Below are positions 49,023 to 64,000 of a DNA stretch of 64,000 nt, piece by piece. The stretch comes from Amoebidium appalachense (Eukaryota > Protista > Ichthyosporea), in the NCBI GenBank assembly GCA_963693365.1, contig CAVNZM010000008.1, positions 3,811,572 through 3,875,571 on the forward strand. Reading direction: 5' to 3'. The first letter of the stretch is position 1. The number at the start of each line of letters is the position of its first letter. The position numbers and the translations under genes are program-made. The notes below the pieces were generated by a model. It was given only the letters and a program-made list of their open reading frames with translations, ran no database searches and was not told where the DNA came from.

Positions 49023-50001
49023 CGTTGTGCCTGAGAACAACTATTTGGTTGTCTTATCCTGTGGTTCTCACACTTTTCAGTGTTTCAGTTATGGTATTTA
49101 TGCAAATTATTATTGTTGATTTTATAACCTTTGTGGCTTGGACCGAAGGGGACGTATATACATGATAAATTTAGGCTTCTTAGGTCACTGGGAGCTCCAT
49201 CACCACTGCCCACAGAGCCCCCTGATACGTATACCTGCTCCCAGGCTGTGGTTGCATACCTTTGCGCGGCACATATGCAAGTGTAGGACATGTAAACATG
49301 AGCGATGTTCGGCATGAAACAAAGTTGGGGCATTGCGCGGACGACTCATGGGGCCGAAAAAAGTGAAATACGGGAAGGCCACTCTCTACTTGATTACGAC
49401 GTACAAAAACAAATAGCTCTAAAAGTGCTTTAGTATATCCGTAAGTATTGTTGGCTAATTAGCATACACCGCAGCCAAAGCAGCTATGTATATACCGGGA
49501 ACCTAGATAAATGGCGAAAACCGCAAGTTCGCAGGTGATCCGACCGTAATATGAGATTAGATCTAACCGATCTCAGTTGTGATAGGCAATTGGTCACCTT
49601 TTGTTTTCATTGGTCCAAAATGACGCAATTCGGGACAGGGATCTAATTAGATCTGGGCCTATTACTAAACCCGCTAAATCATTATATATGTCAACAAAAC
49701 AAAAGCCTAAGCGTAAGTCTGTCTCTCGGATTATCTCCATCCCTCTCCTTCCCTCTGCTTTTCTTTAATTGTAATGATGTAAACAGGCATTACAGCCGTG
49801 ATGCACACATGTTTGATAAACGTTGTGCACAGTGTACCTTTGGCACTCTAATGTTAGCTAGATCTCGCGATATTTTTAGCTTTTCATCAGCGAGTGCACG
49901 TGCTGTCGAATAGTGAGGCTCTGTGCACTCATAACGAGCTGGGGAGGCCTAGACAAATAGGAGTAAGTACAGGAAGGAGGAGAAAAAAAATATATATAAA
50001 A

Positions 50002-50230
<229 letters not shown>

Positions 50231-51334
50231 GATGGGGGCCGGGAGAGAGAGAGGATATTTATTTAGGGGAGAGAGAAGGGGGGGGGGGGGAGCTTTAGAG
50301 AAAGAGAGAGAGAGAGAAATGTGTTTGGGGCGGGGGGGGGGGGGGGGGGGGGGGGGAGGGGGAGAGAGAGAGACTCGCGCAGAAGAGGGAGAGATCTAGA
50401 AAGAGTGAGTAGGACAGAAAGTGAGAAAGTCAGGCCCTGAGAAGCATACGTAAAAGAAGAGGATTTGCCACGGATAATGAGATAATGTGCATATGCTGTG
50501 CATGCCAAGATTGACACCCCAAACCCCGGGCCCTCCTGGCTCATGGACTGCTGTGCGGAGCGCCCTATGCAACTAAGCAACCTATTTCTGAAACACAACA
50601 CCCCGTCCCCCCCCCCCCCCCCCCCTCCTCCCCTCCCCCCCCCCCCCCCCCCCCAACACACACACCTCTTTTACAGATTCACCCTACATATTATGGCAGT
50701 CCCACGCCCTCCCCCTCTCACTGGTACCCACCGGCGTGGCTGGGCTGAATACCCTAGGCTAAGCGTGTGCAAATAGTTAGGATTATTCAGGGCGTGTTAG
50801 CCTAGCTCATAATACCGTAGCACCCTAGCTAGAGTACTATCGGTGGTGGGTGGAAGACGGTAGCTTCCCTTGAGGGCCCCAAGGGGTCCCTCCGGGAACA
50901 AAACGGGGGAAAAAAAAAAAAAAAATCCCCCTCTCACTGGCTTATACACATGAGCAAACCGGCAAGCACTTAACCCCCCCCCCCCCCTCCCCCCCCCCTC
51001 CCCCCGCCCGCTCCCTCCCCTTCCCCCCCCCCCCCCCCCCCCCCCCCCCCCGCCCTTCCCCCCCCACAATTAATTCAGCGAAACACTCAGAGTATGCTGC
51101 AACTACCCCCCACCCCATGCACCCCCCCCACACACACGCCCACCCCCCACCCTTTTCGACCGGCTGCTATATACCTATATTACTGCAGTATAGATAACAC
51201 AGCAGAATGAGAGGGGGGGTTGTTGTGTTTGTGTCGGGATTCAAAGATCAACGGTGTATGTGTGCATGTAGATTCAAGGGTTGCCAAATTTTTAAAGGTG
51301 GGTGGTTTGTATTGAATTTTGCGCGTGCTCGCAC

Positions 51335-51359
51335 GTGTGTGTGTGTGTGTGTGTTTTCC

Positions 51360-51430
<71 letters not shown>

Positions 51431-51460
51431 ACGCGCGCACGCTTGTGTGTGTGTCTCTCT

Positions 51461-51509
<49 letters not shown>

Positions 51510-51522
51510 GGCGCGCGCGCGC

Positions 51523-51580
<58 letters not shown>
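51335..51580. repeat. Compound (GT)n/(GC)n alternating purine-pyrimidine tract
   Basis: Read directly. Confidence 0.9.
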
Positions 51581-51582
<2 letters not shown>

Positions 51583-52415
51583 TGTCTCTCAGACTGGTGT
51601 TGCGTGTGTGTTCGTGACTCCCTGTGTCCGTGCACACGGCGCAGGTTGCACATCTCCGGCATATCATCGATCATGCATGTAGTGGCTGTGTATGTGCATG
51701 CGCCCGAGCGTGTGTGCATATGTGCATGTAAGTCTGTGAGTGCGTGTGTGAGTGTGTGTGAGCACACTGTGTGTCTAGAGCACAGGTGTGTTTAGTGTCT
51801 GCCCGGGTGACCCCCGGCCACATGTTCGAGTGCTTAGAAACCGATGAGAGAGAGGCATATTATAGATAGACAGAGAGAGAGAATTTGCATGTGATTGGTC
51901 AGTTAGAGTGCCAGAGAAGGGGGGGGGGGGGTCGAGAGAGAGAGATATATATATAGGGAAAGAGCAGGGGGGGGGGGGGAGGTAGGGAGGGGGAGAGAGA
52001 GAGAGAGAGAAAGAAAGGGAGGGAGGGAGGGAGGGAGGAAGAGAGGACGGCAGGAGTAAGGGAGTCGCGGGAGGGAGGGGGGCACAGACAGGAAAGAATA
52101 TGTGTATCGCAGCTCGTGTCTGTGAGCACGTGGACTGGTCTTGTGCATATGTGTGACCTTACGTGGTGCATTAAGCGGGCTTGCTAGAAATGCAACCCTG
52201 TGTGTGTGCGAGCAGTGCCACACACGTGATTGCATACGTGCATGTGGCGGGCACATGTGTGTATGTGTGTGTCTGTGTGCGCGCACATGTAGGTATGGGC
52301 ATGCGCTATACAACACCGTTTGTGTTTGTGCATGACGCTTGCAAAGCACAATGTTAATAAGCGGAAGCTTGAGCGTGTTTGCTTGTCACAGTATGTGCAA
52401 GGCACCCGGAACCCG

Positions 52416-52468
<53 letters not shown>

Positions 52469-52472
52469 CCAC

Positions 52473-52531
<59 letters not shown>

Positions 52532-52966
52532 CGTGTGTATCTATCTGAGCAAACATATTGGTCGATGTTTTTCTAGGCGTGAGCCTCACAGCCTGTGTGT
52601 GATGTCTACGTGAAGGTGTAAATGTGTGTTGTTACATGGCGTGCGGATACGGCGTTGTCCTTCCTAACTATTTTTTTCGATATGTTCATGTTACACTTTG
52701 CACGCGAGTATAAATGTAAACTTGCATATGTGCCTGTGTTTCTTGCAGGTGCACGGGCTGTTTTTTTGTGATACTTGTGTGCGTATGTGTGCCACTGTAG
52801 GTGACACCGTGTGTTGTGCGTGTGCGTACGCGCACGTATGTACTTGTGTGCTGTGGTACGTGTGCGTGCATGCTTGTGCTTTTGTGTGTGTGTGTGGGGT
52901 GGGTGGGACGGTGGGCCCCTTTCTCCCTCCATACCTTTAGGTCAGCCAATGTGATTAGGGGGATGG

Positions 52967-53006
<40 letters not shown>

Positions 53007-53609
53007 GACGCAACTTTATGAAACACGTAATGCCCCCACCTTGCCACCGCTTCCTCGGAGGCTCCCACAATGCATATGGGCAGGCTCCTCCCCTGGCTCG
53101 GAGGGGGGAACAGGTAGGGGGTGAGGTGGGGGTATTTATGAGGGGGATCCGATTCAAAATTCCATGCCACTGGAACATTGGGGTGGTGGGTTTCCCCCTT
53201 TCACAAGTGGAGCACTACTACGACCCCCCTTCCCCCCCTAGCTCCTTGCCCCCCTTCCTCCCGGTTCCAATTGGAGAATACCTTACCTGCCCCACGGAAT
53301 CAGATTCCACTGGTTAAACAAGAACGTGGACTGTATACGTAGGGGCAAATGACAGAGCAGTCTTACCCTCATGCATGTTGCATGCATTTGATGATCTTTA
53401 TTTTTTTGTCAATATTAATAGCGCTTGTTATTTCAGTACTGTAGTAATGAAATTTTGGCAAGTCACGGTGTATTATCGTGGGCCACTCGAGCTCAGTGAC
53501 TTGAATGTACAAGCAAATTTCTGAAACCAAGATTACAACAAACATTTATCTCCTAAATTTTACTTGACGAAATAGCTATTTCACAGCCATATATGAGATT
53601 TTTTATAAG

Positions 53610-54257
53610 CTACACAACAGCAGTCCCCGACTTCCTTACACCAAGCAAATAATCACAATCGGGGCAGCGATGCTCTGTGTCCATCAGGTCGGGGTGGAAA
53701 CAGGGAATGCAGCAGCAACAGCAGATCCAGCAGCCATAAACGCAACAGGCCAAAGCAGAAACATACGAGACCATCCCATGAACACGCTTGGTCTTGGACA
53801 TAACGTCTTTCTTGCATCGACGGCAGTGGCACAACTGTGGCTTAGTTCCGAGTCTCACTTCAAATTTCGGCTGGTCATACATAAATGTCGTGGTCGTGGG
53901 CTGGGCATCCTCAGGTGTGGCTGTCGGCGGCGGGTTAGGCTCTTCGTTGAAAGAAGGAGGGGAGCTAAGTGGCTGTGGTTCGGCTGCAGTTATGTTTTCT
54001 GTTAGATGGGCTGTTTCATCAGGAATCACATGGGTGTTCTGAGCCAAAGTGGGAGCTGGTTCAGCGGAAGGATCAGATTCTGGGTAAATAGCTGCAGATG
54101 CCTCAGGGAATGGATAATTCTGAACAGGTATTAAATCTGGATAGAGGTTGCTCTGAACTGTGGCTTGAGTGATGGTTTCTGGTTCTGGTTGGTGGTATTG
54201 GTAGGTGGGAGGTTGCTCGAGATCCAGATCCGGATCAGGGGGATTCTGTGTCTCCAT
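53610..54257 (-). CDS. LITAF/SIMPLE-domain protein (single coding exon)
   Basis: Pro-rich N-terminus with PPTY (PPxY), CRRC knuckle, hydrophobic Cys-rich stretch CCVYGCWICCCCCIPCF, and DTEHRCPDCDYLLG (HxCxxC). Confidence 0.92.
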   Translation of the reverse strand: METQNPPDPDLDLEQPPTYQYHQPEPETITQATVQSNLYPDLIPVQNYPFPEASAAIYPESDPSAEPAPTLAQNTHVIPDETAHLTENITAAEPQPLSSPPSFNEEPNPPPTATPEDAQPTTTTFMYDQPKFEVRLGTKPQLCHCRRCKKDVMSKTKRVHGMVSYVSALACCVYGCWICCCCCIPCFHPDLMDTEHRCPDCDYLLGVRKSGTAVV

Positions 54258-54670
54258 GTTTGTCGGGAATCGAAGCTGTAAATAGAAGATGCAGATAGGG
54301 CTAGATGAGTGGGTGCAAAAATGACAAGTCTTAACAAAATCGAACGTAGGTAGCAAGAAGGAATGCTCCGTGCCTGTTTTTGGTGTTTGGGTTCGCTTGT
54401 GAAGATAGTGTGTGTGCGAGTGTGTTGTGTGTGCTCAAAAGGACGAATTTATAGTGCCGGAGGAGGGTAAAATGCTTGGGGTTTACGCTGTTTACTCGAG
54501 GCAAAGAGAACCAGTCTCAGGTATGGGGGGGGGTTTTGCTCGGAATATCCCCTCAGCGGTATATCATGATCACGTACATAGATGTCGGGTGGTGACTATA
54601 TATCAGGGTTTACTTTCTCTACGAGACACCATAAAGACTACAAGGAGAAATCAATTAGTTGGGGTTCCCC

Positions 54671-54713
<43 letters not shown>

Positions 54714-54734
54714 GGGACACTCGGTATCAGCTGG

Positions 54735-54793
<59 letters not shown>

Positions 54794-56472
54794 TGTGTGT
54801 GTGTGTGCGCGTGCGCTATAATTTTGTAGTGATGTGTTTCTCAAGCCAATCAAGAATAACCAATCGGCAGCAAAATAAACTAGAACATCAATTTCTGCTT
54901 TTCGTCAGGAGCTGATCAGACTCGCGGAGCGCTCACAGCTCTCGTGAGCAAGTGCACGTGAGCCGCACGGATGATTCTCGCCTCTTTTGCCACATTCAAC
55001 GTGGCCATGTCCACGTGCAAGAGCCGAGAGTTCTGAGCTTTACTAAAGCAAACCCATACCATTATAAACGTGGCCGCCTTCCGCCTTGACAATGATGATT
55101 GCAGGTCTCGAAATATAATGAGGGCCACTCCCGATTCCTAATCTAGAGATCTACGTATACTATTGATATTAACTAGTATTAGCTCCCTTTCTCTGGCTCT
55201 CTCCTCCCCTAATCCCCCCCCCCCCCCCCCTCCTCTCCCCCCCCCCCCCCCCCCCCCCCCCCACTCATCCATCCGCCTGAACCCCCCCCTCCCCCCTCCG
55301 GAATCCCAGCTTTTCGAGACTTCTCTCCATCTCCCCTCCTCCACCCCTCACTCCGCCCCGGACGATCCGTCCCAGGTAGTGATCTTCCACCCGTCCACCC
55401 TTCGAACTATCCTCCTCCACCCTACGCTCTCATAAATGATTGTGTGGGGTGGAGAACTAAATAGTTTTCTTTTCGAGGATGTCCTCCCGTTGCGTGCGAA
55501 GGACACCTATTGAAATACGGGCTGAAGGACCACTAATTACTACATCGGCGCTTTCGATAAATAAGTCTACGCCTGCAGCCTCCCATAACTCTGCGAGGTG
55601 AGGGGAGGTGAGGGGCAAAACTGTAAGAGAAGGATCCGCATATGCGGAGGAGGGCGTGGCGGTTGCTATAGATATGAAAGGAAACGACCCGGTCGTGAGA
55701 CAAAGCAAAGCTGGGATGAGCGCAGGGGATGATTCTACGTAGCGCGTAAGATAGTGGAATTTACTAAGTTTACTGGTGGTGCACAAGGCCCTTAGTAGCT
55801 TTATGTGAAAAAGACTCTGAGACTAATTAGAAGAAAGCAAAGTACAAAGTAGACATGTACAAAAAACGAGTGCTTGCCCGAGCGAAACTTCAAGTTCTTG
55901 GAATGTGTCAAACATTCCATAGCCTGAAACAGCGAATCGTTGTGGTCGATTTTCCCGCCAGAATTCAATTTCTTTGCCGCAACCGTTACCTCCTTCCTCC
56001 GTTTCCTCCGTCATCCTGCCTATCTTCGGGCTAGCTGCGGCACAGAAAAAGGTTGGCGCTGTTTTTTGCTTCTTATTGCTTCATAGAGCACATGTATATA
56101 TTTTATTCTGGCTAATAGCTTCTTTAGTCTGGTTACTTGCCGACATTTGTTGAGGCTGATTGAGAGTAGTGAAGGATGTATTTTAGTTAGCATCGCAGGG
56201 AAGCCTTACACGCACGGTAACAAGGTTCCAAAGGGTTAAGAGATGAACGAAGCAACTTTCAGTCTCTTGGAACACCCATGAACTGGAGTGAAAAGTGAGA
56301 GAACATTTGGCCTTTTTGGTGACCACAATATTCGTTACCCCAGTGGGCCTTGCGTCAAATGTCCACCTGAACAACTCTTACTCATCAGTCCACCAGAGCA
56401 GAGCAAAGGGCAAGTGGTTTTCAGATTTTACACTCTATAAGCTTCAAACCACGCACAATTTGTTGATCAAAA

Positions 56473-62515
<6,043 letters not shown>

Positions 62516-63920
62516 CACCTGTAGTAATTATTGTATGTGATACTGTGTTGTTGCACGCGCTTTTGGTTGATTCTTTCGAATGTGAAAAAGATACTATGCC
62601 TTTTGTATGTTCTCTCCAGGTTTAAAAGTACCAAAACTGATGATGGTTTTGGCGCGGAGGTGTTTCCTATCATGCGCCCAGCTGTTGATGATAGTGACAC
62701 CTAATAAGAATAATCATCACAAAACATATTCTTATGGGGGCTCTACTGTTGAACTAGTCTTTCGACCTCTGCGTAGCAACATCGTACACAACTATATCTG
62801 AAAAAACATGTAATACTAGTAATAGAGTAATCATTATGAGTTGGTACAATGTTAGAAACATGAAAGTGAATGGGCAAAGACACACATAGATTCGTTGAAT
62901 GCCCAATAAACACCCAATGGTGAACATTTTTTTTCCCCCCCTTTCTTTCTTTCTTTTTTTTTATTTTTAAATCACGTTTGGTCCCGAAGGACCTTTGTAG
63001 GCCTTCAAGGGAACTACCGCCTACCACACAGCTATTAGTTAGGGTGAGATCTATGTGATCAGCTAAGCTAATTTATCATTCACAAAACCTAACTATTAGA
63101 CACACTTTGCCCAGGGTTAAACTACCCCAGCCACGCTGGTGCATAAGAGGTATGCTGATCAAATCCTGCCTGCACAGTGGCACATGCACAAAGTACAACC
63201 GCCTGCATACTTCGAGAGGCTTCGAATTCTGATTTTCTTTGGCTGCCAGCCACTAAGATCGGAATAAACGATGGTTACAGTGGAAAAATGTAAGCACGAC
63301 GATACTTTATATCACGAGGCTACACAGAGGCACACACACTTTACGATGGTGATTGTGGCCATGGTGAGCGGTGGCCATGAGGTCTCGAACATAGAGTGAC
63401 TCGAATGTGTGGTCTCCGGGTCCCAGGGCGACTGTAGGGGGTGTTACGTAATCGCCATTCTTAAAAGTCGAGTTGCATGTTTTGGCATGGTTTTTATGGC
63501 AGTAATGTGATAATATTCGTACACTTTCCTGCTGGATCCTGCAGTGATCGCTTCCGATTGGCTGTTCAATCTTGCCCCGGATCCGTGCTTGTCAAGGTGC
63601 ATCGATACTGTGTATTTACACGTGTAAATGCTTGTTAACCGTTTTCAAGTGCAGTGGGTGAAATCCTGCTGAATGTGTCATTTCCAGCATATGTTTTGAA
63701 GCTGTAATCTACGTGTTGGAAGTAGGCAGTCGTTAGTAGTATGAACGGCTAGCCGCGCAGACCCACATAGACAGGAGGAACGGAGACATACACCCCCCTA
63801 TTCCCCCCAACACGCTGTGGTTAATCAGGTGCACGTTACAGTTACTTGCTGATCATTATTTCAAGCCTTTAGATCCTACGTTCTCTTTTCGGTTTTAGGG
63901 GGCTTCCAGAATCTTTTATA

Positions 63921-64000
63921 ATGGAGGACGAGGATCTTTTTGCTGTTTTTGCGCAGGGCGGTCGGCGTGCCAAGCGAGTGCCGACTGAAACTGCAGCACC
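63921..64000 (+). CDS. 5' end of a gene, possibly the exosome helicase MTR4 (runs off the window)
   Basis: MEDEDLFAVF resembles the N-terminal DLF(D/S)VF motif of Mtr4 and follows a microsatellite-free promoter-like stretch; only 26 codons are visible. Confidence 0.35.
   Translation, partial: MEDEDLFAVFAQGGRRAKRVPTETAA

Noticed and set aside
55380-56014. Short minus-strand ORFs between LITAF and CUEDC2
   Set aside because: No motif and no convincing splice pattern; probably promoter or UTR sequence.

Overview
Eukaryotic genomic DNA, probably a unicellular opisthokont (inferred from a clear CUEDC2 orthologue beside a fungal-type cNMP/F-box/LRR gene). Positions 1-12346 hold a head-to-tail array of two near-identical chromodomain Ty3/Gypsy LTR retrotransposons on the minus strand (unit about 7.07 kb) that share an internal LTR. 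In this element gag and pol are in the same frame, separated by one UGA-CGG stop. A predicted long-range stem follows that stop, suggesting programmed readthrough, and no tRNA primer-binding site is visible. The rest is host sequence: a ~19-exon Na+/H+ exchanger (-), a cNMP-binding/F-box/LRR gene (+), an intronless secreted ricin-B-type lectin gene broken by three in-frame stops (-), a LITAF-domain gene (-), CUEDC2 (+) and the start of a possible MTR4 gene. Introns are packed with poly-C/poly-G and (CA)/(GT)/(GA) tracts biased to poly-C on the sense strand. They also carry a sense-oriented ~170-bp repeat family and several duplicated splice sites. Small inverted-repeat elements lie between genes. 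Homopolymer lengths look unreliable, and most ORF-track entries after 13 kb are microsatellite artefacts. Exon boundaries were read by eye.
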